64,000 nt of DNA, from NCBI RefSeq assembly GCF_006345805.1, contig NC_043005.1, positions 56,420,001 through 56,484,000 on the forward strand, read 5' to 3'. Numbering within the stretch: position 1 is the first letter of the stretch; every line of letters begins with the position of its first letter. This stretch comes from Octopus sinensis (Eukaryota). The position numbers and the translations under genes were made by a program. Below the pieces are notes generated by a model, which saw only the letters and a program-made list of their open reading frames with translations, was not told where the DNA came from and made no database searches. Positions 1-13,388 of the stretch are shown here, piece by piece.

Positions 1-915
1 GCGGGTCATTTTCTTCGAGTAGTGGCCCTATTTTGTACCGTACTGAAGCAGACTCTTTTGCATATCTATAGAAGGCTTTAGGATTTGTCTTAATATTTTT
101 GACAGCCCTGGCTTCCTTTTCTGCTCTCTCCTTTTCACGGGAGTGTTTGAGTTCATTTTCGACCTTGAACAATGTTTGTTTGAGATAGGATCGTTTGTTA
201 TTCTTTAGTAGCTCATTTAGACGATTTGAGACTTTTGCTCGTCATCTCATTAGAATCTTACTATCCCTGGGTATTATACCTTTCTGCTGGTTTGGCATTC
301 TCTCTGGAGCAAACTTGCTGCATATGTCATGCATGATTGTCATAAGGTGTTGTAGCTTTATGTCAATATCTTGCGTAGAGAGAATGGCTGACCAGTTATG
401 TTCCATGACCTCTTTATCGATATCTTTCCAATCAGCTTTGTGAAAATTCAGACTGGAGAGGAGTTGGATGCTTCTAGTAGCCTGCATGTGTGTAGTCTTC
501 TGTGGACCATACATTGTTAGTTCTATTAAGTTATGGTCTGAGAAAATCGTCGGTATCATCTTAACATTATGGATGAGCGCCGCGTTGTTAGTGAAGCAGA
601 GATCCAGGACAATTTTTCACTTGTTGGATGGAGGACTATTTGCTCCAAAAAAGAACATGTTAGTGAGGTTAAGCAGAGATTCTGCATGCCCCAGGCCGTA
701 CAGTGACATACTCGAGAGAAGGCGGACCTCAGGCCATTCGACATAAGAGAAGTTGAAATCCCCAAGGAAAAGTATGTGCAGATTGTCATCCAGGTTGGTT
801 AATAACGCCTTCATTTCTTGGAGGCTTTCTTCAGGTGAATCCCCATGATTCGGAGCATTTGGTGGGCGATACATGGTACATATTATTAGTTTCATCTGTT
901 TAATGTATCACAGAC
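1..915 (-). mobile_element. Decayed CR1-clade LINE ORF2 fragment (APE endonuclease and linker), running off the window start
   Basis: Frameshifted - strand motifs ICTMYRPPN, ILFLGDFNF..EWP, IFSDHNLIEL, LNFHKADW and KTNPKAFYRYAK..IGPL, typical of CR1/L2-group ORF2. Confidence 0.85.
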
Positions 916-1400
916 TGAGTTTGAGTGTGACTGCAGGATCACAGGCGTGACATCTTTGGTTTCTCCCGGTGAACTTTGGCACTCTTCTTGGACTCACAGT
1001 TGTCTAGAGTGTTGGTGTCTTCTCTATTTTGTTCCTCTCTTACAGATTTATCCTGATCCTTCTCCGATTCTATGGAATCACTAGTTTCTTTTTCTTTTTC
1101 ACCCTTTTGTACATTCACTTCTACTTAAAATATTTTCTTCAATAATTCCATGTGTGGTTGTATTAAGAAATATGAGCGAATGAGCTCATTCTTGTTCTCC
1201 TCAATTTGAGCAGTGGTTCGATGAAAACCAAAGCTCTTTAGGGCCTCTGTAATAAGAGTGTTTGGCGATACTCCTTTTGCCAGGTTCCCTGCGAGGAGTA
1301 TTATTTTAATTTCCTCGACCTGCTAGTTTCTCTGAATTTTGAAACTTATGCTTTCTTTTGTGTAGTTTGCTTTGCTGAAGTCTGTGTTGCTGAGATAAGG
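916..1400 (-). mobile_element. Probable ORF1/5' remnant of the same LINE
   Basis: Coding-like - strand stretch (EEIKIILLAGNLAKG...ELLKKIF) directly upstream of the endonuclease fragment; no diagnostic motif. Confidence 0.4.
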
Positions 1401-1667
1401 AGAAAAACAAGCGTCACGAAGAAGTAAGGATAGATATGGAGAGAGAGATAGAGAGAGAGAGAGGACAGAAAGACAGAAAGACAGATGGTAAAGAATGCAG
1501 AGTAAGAGTCAGTGGGTGAGAGAGGTGTAGAGGTAGTGAGGAGGGCAGAGAGAAAAGAGCTGTAAAGGTAGTGAAGAAAGACAGAGAAAGAAAGAAAGAG
1601 AGAGGGGGAGAGATACAGTGAGCAAGACAAACAAGAAACAGAAATAAATCGATATGTGCGAGAGAGA

Positions 1668-1701
<34 letters not shown>

Positions 1702-1831
1702 TGCGAGAGTAAAAGAAAGAGAGATGCAGCGAGCGAATACAAACGAGAAACAGATGCATAAATCGGTATGTACGGGAAAGGAGAGATGTACGAGTGAACG
1801 TTGCAAGAGAGGGGGAAGAGAGAGAGTGAGT

Positions 1832-1874
<43 letters not shown>

Positions 1875-2151
1875 AAGGTAGATGTTTTTAACTCAATGAA
1901 GACTACGTAATCAATTAATCAATTACCGTCTCACTTGATAATCGTGAAAATCGCGTGTAGCTGATTAAATAAATATTATTGGCCTGGAACTTGCAGGGTG
2001 CTTAGTTTCGAGTTGTTTATTTGTTTCAGGCTACTTTCACCTAAAAAGCAATAAATAAATACGGGGACGTATGTATACCTTGCCTAAAGATCTGCAATGT
2101 ATATATCTAATGCCTATTTGTTTACCATGAAATGAGAAGCTATCTGAGGAG

Positions 2152-2292
2152 CACTAGCATAGCTAGGGAAGGGGCGGTCCGCCCCGGGTGGCACTTTTGG
2201 GTCTACTGTAGGCAATATGTGTTTTCTGTGGGGTCCGGGGGCGGCAAACGGAAGATCAGCCCGGGGCAGTACACACTCTAGCTACGCTAGTG
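2152..2292. mobile_element. hAT-type MITE (141 bp)
   Basis: 15-bp TIRs CACTAGCATAGCTAG / CTAGCTACGCTAGTG; 8-bp TSD CTGAGGAG (2144-2151) / TTGAGGAG (2293-2300). Confidence 0.8.
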
Positions 2293-2703
2293 TTGAGGAG
2301 AAAACAGGGAGTTATTTTCATTCGCAAAATATGCATTTTTCAAGACAGTAAAATATGTGAAAATCGGCTATAATAATGTAGCCTTCCAGTCTTATTACTT
2401 TGAAGGTATGATTGTTGTGGAGAGAAAAGTTAGAGGTTTAAAAATCGAAAAAAAAAACCCCAGTATACCTTTAGCCAATAGCGAGACAGACATTTTCTGC
2501 GTTTAGCGTAGCGGTATCAACTTTAAGGTTGTACCCTGTGAAATTTAGAGTTTAGCGTCTGACCTGTTCATTGTAGGTTTCTAAATAAACAGAAATACCT
2601 AATAAAATCAACATGTATCATCTTACTGTTTCTTTTATCTCTTCATTGATTGTATGGTTTTATTATTTTTTAAATTTGTTATATTAATATATTTGTCTGC
2701 ATG

Positions 2704-2784
2704 TGTTTACTTAATTATGTATACCTTAATTATGTTTACTTAATTATGTATACCTTAATTATGTTTACTTAATTATGTATACCT
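2704..2784. repeat. 29-bp tandem repeat, about 2.7 copies
   Basis: TGTTTACTTAATTATGTATACCTTAATTA repeated. Confidence 0.85.
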
Positions 2785-4179
2785 GTCATATATTTGTGTA
2801 CATCAATAATATAAAGTGCATGTGGATGTATGTATTCATATATAAGTTTATATGTACATTTATGCATTGATGTGTGTGTGTGCCTGTGCATGTGTGTGTG
2901 TGTGTGTGTGTGTGAAGGGGGCGTCTGTCTCAAAAGCTCCAAAGTTGAGTAACGTTTTCATGCTTGGATTTGTAAACTACAAAAGAATAACACTGGTCAA
3001 CAAAGAATTTGTCCCAAGGAAAAGAATACCTGTATCTTGTACGTTTTTGCACGTAGAATTAAAAAGTAATGTCAAATTATCTGCATCACCCACAGTTTCT
3101 CTGTTCTATGATATTCCTCTCAGTTCTTGTTACGTAAGCTAAATTTCAGTTAAGCTGTTGAAATGTGAAGCTAACGGTTTAAGAAATACTCCTAATTAAA
3201 TTTTTTATGAACAGAATTAACCTAGTGAAATCATAAATTGACTATCTGAGTCAATGAGTTCAAAAAATATATGAAATAAAAAATATATAAAAATACTAAT
3301 ACACAGAAAAATACTAACACACAGAAGTACAGAAAAATATGTAATATACTAACACAGAAAAATTAAAACAAAACACGCAGGTGAAAAGAATCTCGATGTG
3401 TGAAGAATTAAGTGTGAAAACTCAACATAGACAACAGCAGCACGGACAACAACACAGCTTGTGGTTGTTATGGTAACAAGCTGCTAATGTCACGCTGTCT
3501 GCTGATTGGCTAAAATTACCCAAATTTCCCAACTTTAATGCCAAATAACATCAGATTCTTTAATTGACGAGATAAAGTAATTGGTTGAGCGTAATCAAAA
3601 TTCATAGTTGCATCGATACACCAAAATTGAAAGCAATCTGAGCAAAATTAAGGGGTTTTCATTTTGCGAATGGAAAAGACAAGATCCGAAAATAGTTACA
3701 TTCATCACTGCGTGGAATTCCGATAAATGTAAACGCATGCAAACACGGTCGACAATTTTACCTCAAAAAATTTAGCTTCCGATAATATTCAGTGTCCAAA
3801 TGAAATTAAAATTGCAATACATACGTATGATCCTGTATGTTGAAGAAAACGAAATATGTTACCATGAAATTTGATAACTTGAATTATTGTCTCCAGAATT
3901 TAACTGTAATAATAAAGCCCGGTTTACACGGAGATTCTGGTGCGGGTTTGATCAATATTGGATTTATAATAAGTACTAAGTCGTCAGAGTCGACTTGGAA
4001 TCGGTTAGAAGGAAATTATTCTGAGTTTCTTCGAGATATTCTTCGAATTCTTCAGGATATTCAGGACGAAAGAAATGTTCGTCCCAGCAGCAGGTCGCAT
4101 ATATATATATATATTATATATATATATAATATATATATATATATATACACGAGAAAGAAAGCAACAAGAATGGATTAGT

Positions 4180-4273
4180 TTTTAGTACAATTGTTTCATA
4201 CAAAGACAGGCTTTATTAAAAGTTGCAAAAATTGCAGCAGCAGATAAAAGTGTCCCGTACTCATCAGCTAAAA
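4180..4273 (-). ncRNA. Type I hammerhead ribozyme motif, canonical core
   Basis: - strand TTTTAG-CTGATGA-[GTACGGGACA...TGTCTTTGTAT]-GAAAC-AATT-GTA-CTAAAA; 6-bp stem I, palindromic stem III ACAATTGT, GUA triplet. Confidence 0.8.
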
Positions 4274-4647
4274 TACATATGAGTTCTCCAAACATCTTAG
4301 TGGGTGAGGCTATACTCATGAAGTATTGGAGATAATTTCATTAAAAGCAGATTTAGGTTGTAAACAGATTTCCGAAGTTCCTTAATGATGATGCACAGTC
4401 TTATCACAGGTTTTTAAAAAAGCTTATTAGCTTCACAGAGAAGGTGAATTAATCCGTAGTGTAGATGTAAATTTCCAGAGATATGAGGAGGAATTTCATA
4501 CTCACAGACGATGAATTTATCCACGGTTAATCCACAATGAGGTGGGTATCATTTCATGCTATATGATAAGGTATTTGCCACATTACTGTTCTTTTCACAA
4601 GACTGCTAAGTTATGACTTCTAAAGGCTGGAGGAATTTTTGTGGAGC

Positions 4648-4922
4648 AAAGAAAAGAAAAGAAAGGAAAGAGAAGAAAAGAGACAAGGAAAAGGAAAAAG
4701 AAAAAAGAAAAAGAAAAAAGAAAAAAGGAAAAGAAAAAAAGGAAAAGAAAAAAGAAAAAAGAAAAAAGGGGAGAAGAAAAGAAAAAAGAAAAAAGATTTC
4801 TTTTTTCTTTTTTCTTTTTTCATTTTTCCTTTTTCTTTTTTCTTTTTTCTTTTTTCTTTTCTTTCTTTTTTTTTTTCTTTTTTCTTTTTTCCTTTTTTTT
4901 CCTTTTTTCTTTTTTCTTTTTT
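4648..4922. repeat. Polypurine (A5-6G)n tract directly followed by polypyrimidine (T5-6C)n tract; imperfect fold-back
   Basis: A-rich 4648-4795, T-rich 4797-4922. Confidence 0.85.
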
Positions 4923-5216
4923 CAAATTTCTGCCCACTAAGCTGGAATTAATTCCAGTATTTGAAATGCCACAACACAGGTGTGGGTGGTTGTTATCAAG
5001 ACTAATCCATTGTAACTCAATTTTTATCAATTTTTTTTCAGTCACCCTTACACCAACAAGATTTCCCCGCCACTACCTCCACCACCACCACTCCGGGATG
5101 TGAGGGGGGCACTTGTTTCTGTGTGTACCTCCCAGTCTGTTCATAAATGCGTTTGTTGATACTGATACTGAAATCTATTGAAAACTGAATATGTCTTAAA
5201 AATTTTATAATTTCAG

Positions 5217-5360
5217 GATTTTTCATGGGAATGGTAATAGAAAAAATTGGTCTTAGGCTCTCTATTTTGTGTGGTAGTGTGCTCGCTACGATAGGATTTG
5301 CGGCATCGGCGTTTGCACCGCAGATCTATTACATCATCGTACTTATAGGAATTATAGGAG
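5217..5360 (+). CDS. SLC16/MCT-like MFS transporter, internal exon (about TM2-TM4)
   Basis: tttcag|GA ... GGAG|gtaagt, 144 nt, phase 1-1; GFFMGMVIEKIGLRLSILCGSVLATIGFAASAFAPQIYYIIVLIGIIGG matches the MCT GxRxxxxxG loop. Confidence 0.88.
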
Positions 5361-5518
5361 GTAAGTGAAATTTCTGCACATACACCATATAGAAAGCCAA
5401 AGAAGCTTTTGTTATTTGGCTGTTGAAGAAATATTTTCGCTCGTAGTTTCAAAACTGGAGGAGATTTAGGTTATCTATTCAGCTTGTTTGCGGCTCTTCA
5501 GTACCTCTAAATTGAAAA

Positions 5519-5683
5519 GGCAGGAGTGGCTGTGTGGTAAGTAGCTTGCTTACCAGCCACATGGTTCTGATTTCAGTCCCACTGTGTGGCACCTTGGGCA
5601 AGTGTCTTCTACTATAGCCTCGGGCCGACCAAAGCCTTGTGAGTGGATTTGGTAACGTCGTATATACATGTATATATATATTA

Positions 5684-5762
<79 letters not shown>

Positions 5763-5974
5763 CGCTTGTGTGTCTGTGTTTGTCCCCACCAACATCGCTT
5801 GACAACCGATGCTGGTGTTTTACGTCCCCGTAACCAAGCGGTTCGGCAAGAAACCGATAGAATAAGTACTAGGCTTACAAAGAAGTAAGCCTAGTACTTG
5901 CTCGACTAAAGGCGGTGCTCCAGCATGGCCAGTGAAATGACTGAAACAAGTAAAAGAGTAAAAGGAGTAAAAGA
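5519..5974 (+). mobile_element. tRNA-derived SINE, family A (internal TA/TG microsatellite)
   Basis: Head GGAGTGGCTGTGTGGTAAG..TTCAGTCCC, CCTTGGGCAAGT core, tail GACTGAAACAAGTAAAAGAGTA; more than 12 related copies in the window. Confidence 0.9.
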
Positions 5975-6953
5975 ACTGCACAATGTGACACTGCCATCCT
6001 ATCCTGTTGTCAAAGAAATGAATTTACTCCATTTGGACGTCTACTATCAGATCTACTCAAGTTCTGAAGGTTCGAGAATTGATGCAACATCTATGTGGAC
6101 TACACACGTTGAATGAGGCAGTTGATTTCGGCGCGACAAGGAAAACGGTCGTTATTGAGTTTGTAAGGGAAACTGTGGATACCTTTTCGTACATAGAATT
6201 ACACCTTCACGAAATTAGTTGCTACATTGTTATTCAATACCCTGGTCCAAACCTATGAAGAAGTCTTCATTCTTAAGCAAGTTCTTCAAAAGAGCAACGG
6301 GAAGCATAAGTAGCCATTTAACTGAATTTATTGATGTAGGAGCTATTGTATCTGAATAAAAGATATGATGGTATTCACGGTTTCTCTTACAAACTCAATA
6401 ACGGTCGTTTTTCTTCTGTCAAAATCAACCGCCTCATTTAACGTGTGTGAATGTTACATCAATTCTCGAACTTTTAGAACACAAGCAGAACTGATGATAG
6501 ACGTCCAGATGGAGTCACTTCATTTCTTTGATAACAGGAGGAGTCTGTTGTGAGATGGGATGGTAGTGTCACATTTTGCAGTTCTCTATTCAGGCTTTTT
6601 CAGTCTTATTTAGAGGGATTGAAGTGCCGAAAACAAGCTGAATAGAAAACAAAACGGCTCCTACTCTCCTTATGTTGTAAAGTTATCATAACCTAAAAAA
6701 AAAAAAAAAACCCAAAAAACTTACTGCCATTTATAAGAAAAACAAACAAACAAAAGGAACCAGAATTCTTAACTTTGAAATGTGTATATTGGAGTGTAAT
6801 ATAAAAGGAATGAAATTTGTGTCAATTTTTTTTACAAATTCTTAATTACTTTCCTATAATATGGGTTTTCTATTCTCACTGTCTATCAAAAAGGAAACCA
6901 ATATTTTATCTAAGTGAGAGTGTTTAATTTATTTTTTCTTATATTTTGTATAG

Positions 6954-7367
6954 GTATCGGTATCAGCCTGCTAACCATTTCCTCGTTCGCAGCCATTCCA
7001 ATCTACTTCAAAGACAATCAAAATGCTGCTGTTGCTTTTACTTCAACGGGGACAGGGGTCGGTTCTGTTGTTTGGCCTCTTGTAATGACACAGTTTATTA
7101 AAGAATATAATTGGGGAGGAAACTACCTTTTGGTTGGTGGAATTATGTTCAATGCATGCGTGATGGCCATGTTCTTTAAATCACAGAAACTTGCACCGGA
7201 ACAAAAAGCAATAGCTAAAGCAAACAGATCAATGAAGACGGTACGAAGACATTTCAAGGAAATGATTAAAAACCCACGATTTATAGCTTACTTGTTTTGG
7301 TCAGCTTTTGATAGCTTCTCAATTTCTGTACTAAGCCAAATGTTGGTGGATTTTGGTTTACAACTCG
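6954..7367 (+). CDS. SLC16/MCT-like transporter, internal exon (about TM4-TM7)
   Basis: tgtatag|GT ... CTCG|gtaagt, 414 nt, phase 1-1; IYFKDNQNAAVAFTSTGTGVGSVVWPLVM...YNWGGNYLLVGGIMFNACVMA follows the MCT YF..GxGxG..P..Y.W.G pattern. Confidence 0.92.
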
Positions 7368-9033
7368 GTAAGTAAAAACCGTTTAGTACAAATAATCTAA
7401 CACTGGCCCAAGCTAACCCTTTTGTAGGATAAGGTGAATCAATTCGCGTATGTCTCTAGTATTTATCTTCCACGAGAGGGATTAACGACGAAGACTACTG
7501 CAGTAAGATGTGGAATGATAACATAAAATAGAGATGTAATTAAATTGGGCAAGGTCTACAAACCAGTACTTTAAAGTTTTTGAAACTTTAACTTCTCTAA
7601 GTTTAGTACATCTTACTAGCATCTGAGGGAAATATATTTCGTATTCTGCATAACCCACTGAACTGACTTCTCTAAAGTTGCAATCAACGCATTTTTGATC
7701 TCTGCTTGCAATCTTTTCAACGGCATTTCGGCGTTAAATCTATTGAGAAATGAATGAATATCGTAACTTAATTTTCCACCTCCTTTAGATACTAGGCCTT
7801 TATGAGTAGTCAAATAGATAAATAAATCATTTTTAAAAAAGCCAATTGTGTGTTGCCGATTGAGAAAACTTATGTTACCTCTCAGCAAAGTCCACGAACA
7901 AGCAAGCTTCAATTCCCATTTGAACCCATACCCTTTCGATACATCTCTGAGACTTTGAAATCCTTGAAAAGGGAATAAATGTCTCACCACAATACGACGC
8001 GTAGTTCTCGTTTATCTTTTCTAAGGTTATGAACAGTCAGGAAAAGAGCACTATCAAGCTAAATGCCTTACAATATTCAGTCTTCTCTCGTTTTGTCTTT
8101 ATTTTGTTTTTTTGTTTTTTTTTGTTCACTTTAGCCCTTCTTGGCCTATGAAATACGTATCACTTCTTCAGCTGTAAAAACGTGCCCCTTACGTAGTCAC
8201 TAGAAACAAACAGGTATCTGTTTGGATTAGCTATCGAATAGCGCTGTGTGAGCTGCTAATATTATATAATTATATAATATAAACTCTCAATAGCTACGAA
8301 CCAACCGGAGAGCCTCTGCATGATTGTTCAAACCGTTAGAAATAGCAGCCGCATCTCTCCCAACTCACATCCTACTGTCTCATAAACAATGACACGTTGA
8401 ATAATGAGGCCCAGGATACAAATATTAGAGAACAGTCGAGAAGGTCATACTGGAAAGATTTTGATTAAGCAATAATTCAGCAAAAGCCACTAGTGTTAAC
8501 TATTATATAACGATATAGTTAGTTCTAGATATACTATTCCTTTGAAAAAGACAATATGGTCACTGTTAGAACGCATTTGATAACAGGTCAACTGGATCTG
8601 GGTTTGAACGCTACAGCACGGATGTAGCTCACTTCTAAAAGAACTGAGAGCACACTGTATTTGACATGTGCTTCGTTAGATTGCAGTGTTCAATTCATCT
8701 CTTATCATTAGTGTCGATCTAACAGTGACGGGCTCTACCACCAGAATTTTCCCTAGTTGAGCTGCGTGAAGATGGAGCTTTTCATGAAAACCCCGACAAT
8801 CCAATCATCTGCTTGTGAAACTCACTTCCACAACTCTATTTCGCAAACTAGTTTTTGCTGTTTTATTACTAGTAATCTTATTTAATAACGTTTGTACATC
8901 CACTTTTGATAAATCCGTTATAACATATCCACTCTATCAATTCCATTTCTAATTTTATATATCCAAGATTAATATACCCATATTAATATACCCCACATTT
9001 ATATATAACATGTACGAATGCATTAGATAGCGT

Positions 9034-9753
9034 TACTGTTATAATCCTTAATACGTTGGATTGTTATAACGCCCACTTCGGTATACAGTATACTTAGTCA
9101 AACCAGTAAAGACACGACTATCTCTGACCGCCTACTATGTATTCTGGTACTCCACGCACTTCTCTTTACTTATAGTGACTAGGTTATTCCATACATCTCC
9201 TCTTTTAAATTTTCTTAGAAAGTGTCATTTTATTTAGCAATAATTTTTTTTATTCACCCCACCTCCATAGTCTGACTTTCCTAATGACTTCAGTAATTGC
9301 AGCATTTGTTGCTATAATATTTGTTGTTGCTTTTGTTATTGATATTGAAATTGTATCTGCTGCTGTTGTTGCTCTTTCAGTTGTTGGTGGTGGTATTGTT
9401 GTTGCTTCAGCTGTTGTTCTTGCAGTTGTAGCTGCTGCTGTTGTTGTTCTTGCACAGCTGTTGTTGCTGTTTTTGCAACTCGAGCAAACCGACCGACACA
9501 TTTTCCATAAATTTTACAACTTTTTTCCTAAAATTCGCACAACAAAACTTTGTGATTTTATTAACTCCTCTTCGAGTTTCTATTAACTCCACATGAATTA
9601 GTTTATCCTCATTAAGTTTATTAATTCCTCATGAGTTGATTAAATCCTCGTCACTACTGTTGTAATCCTTAATAGGTTGGATTGTTATGACACCCACTTC
9701 GGTATATAGTTTATTTAGTAAAGACTCAAATTTCTCTGACCGCCTACTACGTA
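9034..9753. repeat. Diverged direct repeat of about 105 bp (9034-9140 and 9655-9753)
   Basis: TACTGTT.TAATCCTTAATA.GTTGGATTGTTAT...CCCACTTCGGTATA...TCTCTGACCGCCTACTA in both copies. Confidence 0.8.
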
Positions 9754-10541
9754 CTAATTCTTTATTCAAGCACTCAGGCTTTTACACAGAGGGGACAGCA
9801 CAAGGACAGACAGAACACCACAGTGGGGACAAAAATAAAAAACGAATGAAAATGAGAAAAATGTTATATAATAAATGAAAATGAAATGGCTGATGAGCTC
9901 CACTCTCTTGCAGTACCATTTGAACGTTCTTACAAACAGTTTATAATCTTTTCTTCTTTCCTTTTGTTTTTTCCATTAGCATGGTTTTTTTTTTAAAGAA
10001 ATTTTACTTACTCTTATTTTTAAAAAGGTTCATATATGGCAACTAATCCAGACGACTGATAAATGCAAAGGTTTCAGTGATAAGACGATTGTGATTTGTG
10101 CATCTCATTGTGTTCTAAGCTTGTGCCTCGTCGAAACATGACACTCGTGATTGGGTTTTCACCGCACAGTCCCCAGCAAATAGAGTTTTTGCATGCGTAG
10201 GGTGATAATCTTTTAAAGAATTTTGCCGCGAGCTTAAAACTGGTCAACTACCTTCGGTCTAGTTTAAAAGACCAGTCAAAGCCGTTGCTTATGAGCTGCT
10301 GCGCAGTCTTATGCAGACAGTTCGTGGAGTTATCGATCAGAAGTGGATGCTGGTCGGACTCAGTGTCAGACGAGCGGTCTTAAAAATCGATTCCTATAAA
10401 AGATACTGTCCCTTCTTACCCTCCCATTCCTTCGAGATTCTACTACCAATGATATGATCCAATGATATGAAACCAATCCATAAGAAATGAGTATTATCAA
10501 TATTGTAATATACTAATTATTCTTTATTTCAACTATTTTAG

Positions 10542-10886
10542 GTTACAGTCCATCAGATAGCAGTGCTCTATTGATTTCTTACTTGCTGTCCAATGCAGTG
10601 GGAAGGTTCTTGGTCGGAATTTTGAATCGTTTTAAAATCCCTCACTTCATTTTATTCGGAATATTCTGTTACATGTGTGGCGCGTCGTTCATTGCTCTGA
10701 GTTTCACATCAACATACAAATATTCTCTTGCATTTGGCATTGCAAGTGGTTTCACGTTGGGGCTTCATGTATCAATGTCAATGGTCATTTTATTAAGGAT
10801 AGTCGGCCCCGAAAAATATGGTCTTGGATGGGGTCTTTCAGCTAGTTGCCTTGGAATTGGTTTCAGCTGTTCTGGACCTTTTGCAG
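10542..10886 (+). CDS. SLC16/MCT-like transporter, internal exon (about TM8-TM11)
   Basis: ttttag|GT ... GCAG|gtaggt, 345 nt, phase 1-1; SNAVGRFLVG (TM8 Arg), IVGPEKYGLGWG, SGPFAG. Confidence 0.92.
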
Positions 10887-10969
10887 GTAGGTGGACTGGA
10901 ACTCTTTAATCATTTTATATTGAGCATCAGAGCTTTGAGTATTACAATTATAAATGTTTCTTATACATA

Positions 10970-11140
10970 GGCGTAGGAGTGGCTGTGTGGTAAGTAGCTT
11001 GCTAACCAACCACATGGTTCCGGGTTCAGTCCTACTGCGTGGCATCTTGGGCAAGTGTCTTCTGCTATAGCTCCGGGCCGACCAATGCCTTGTGAGTGGA
11101 TTTGGTAGACGGAAACTGAAGGAAGCCTGTCGTATATATG

Positions 11141-11171
<31 letters not shown>

Positions 11172-11379
11172 TTGTGTGTCTGTGTTTGTCCCCTTAGCAT
11201 TGCTTGGCAACCGATGCTAGTGTGTTTACGTCCCCGTCACTTAGCGGTTCGGCAAAAGAGACCGATAGAATAAGTACTGGACTTACAAAGAATAAGTCTC
11301 GGGGTCGAGTTGCTCGACTAAAGGCGGTGCTCCAGCATGGCCGTAGTCAAATGACTGAAACAAGCAAAAGAGAGAGTAT
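10970..11379 (+). mobile_element. SINE family A, full length
   Basis: Same head, core and tail as 5519-5974. Confidence 0.9.
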
Positions 11380-11790
11380 AGCTTTACAAATTTTGTTTTC
11401 ACAGGTTTGATTCTGGAGGAAGAGTTAAAGTTCATGGCTTTCACAAACCTCCACAGACCTCTACCATGAACACAATCCTCCTTTGGAACAGATAAAAATT
11501 CTGCAAAAGGATCTGCTGAGAGTCTGGGTTTGGGGATGGGGAGAAAGATATCCTCAAATCGGAGACCTATCCCGAATATTTAAAAGCAAACAGCACCTCG
11601 ACAGTGCTGTAAGACTGATCAAAGGATTCAGTATGCTACACAATGCCTTGTCACACATCTGACACTCATTTCTCTAAGGCCATTGCTATTATTGTCAGGT
11701 CTTGATTTCTCATTACATTGACCTCTTTCCTCTTGCTTCGTTTTTCTTTATTTTTATAATGTATGTATGTATATGTATATTGCATGTATG

Positions 11791-11824
<34 letters not shown>

Positions 11825-12526
11825 ATATATACATAAATTAAAATAATAAGGGTGAAAATTGAATATTAATTTGATTAGTATCAATTTAAAACCAGTGGTC
11901 TAGCATATAGAAAAATTTGAAGATTCAAAATTATATTACATACATATAAGACTTTTGAAAGTCTTAGATAGATATATAGATATGTAGAAAGAAAGAAAGA
12001 TAGATAGATATGCACATATTTATATGTACATACATACATGTAAGTATACTTGTATCTTTGCATATTTGTATATGTGTGTGCGCGCGCGGTGTGTGTGGAA
12101 AATATACAACGTTTCGGATTGAGTTCTTTTTCAGGCAAAGTTGACAGGAGTGAAATACTACAAAAAGAGCCGGTTTTATATCCTTTATGTCAGAAAAAAA
12201 TGGTTGCAGTTGATGAACACAAGAAAAAGTGAGCCGTATAAAGAGGAAGAAAGTAGTAGAAGAGAGAAACAAGGTATGAGACGGAGAAGGAAAAATGGAA
12301 ACAGGAAGCGGAGTAGGCGTATAAAGCTTGTATAAGTTGCACATTTTCTTGCACTTCTCACCAGCTACAGCCAATATCTTAAAAGTAGAGAATGTAAAAC
12401 TCTGATGTGTTTGTTTTATTTTCCTCCTGCGAACGCTACTTTGAAAGAGTTCTATCCGAAATATTGGTCACTCCACTCACTACGTCAATTTCCCTGTACC
12501 CTTTCTGTTGCTTTATGCACACACAG

Positions 12527-12900
<374 letters not shown>

Positions 12901-13340
12901 ATAATAATATAGGGTGAAATCAATTAATTTGGAGTAATCATTAATTTCACCAAGTAGATTTCGGCATGTAAAAGCCCCATTCGAAGGTTTAAGTAATCCT
13001 AAGTAATTAAGGGTTTAGCAACGATTTGCCTCACCACACACCGAATTTAGAAATAGCAGTCAAAGAGTTATAGCTATTCTTTCTACTTAAAAGAGAGATC
13101 TGAGTAAAACCACACCACTTAAAATAATAAGGGTGAAAATTGAATATTAATTTGATTAGTATTAATTTAAAACCAGTGGTCTAGCATATAGAAAAATTTG
13201 AAGATTCAAAATTATATTACATACACTTTGAATGTACATTATTTACATTATTTACAATTGATGGATACTTGTTCTCATCTTGTTTGTTGTTAATGCAACG
13301 TTTCGGCTGATATACCCCACAGCCTTCATCCTTTCCCCCA

Positions 13341-13388
13341 ATACACCTGATGAAGGCTGGAGGGTATATCAACCGAAATGTTGTGTTA
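13341..13388 (+). ncRNA. Minimal type I hammerhead motif, copy 1
   Basis: ACAC-CTGATGA-AGGCTG..CAACC-GAAA-TGT-T-GTGT; stem I ACAC/GTGT; GAAAC changed to GAAAT. Confidence 0.6.

Noticed and set aside
4613-5103. Lys/Phe-rich ORFs
   Set aside because: Produced by the A-rich and T-rich tracts
1400-5200. First exon of the transporter (expected DGGWGW-like TM1 motif)
   Set aside because: No such motif with splice signals found; probably upstream of the window
9250-9586. Hydrophobic ORF that could pass for a transporter exon
   Set aside because: (GTT/GCT)n low complexity; exons ending 7367 and starting 10542 already join in phase
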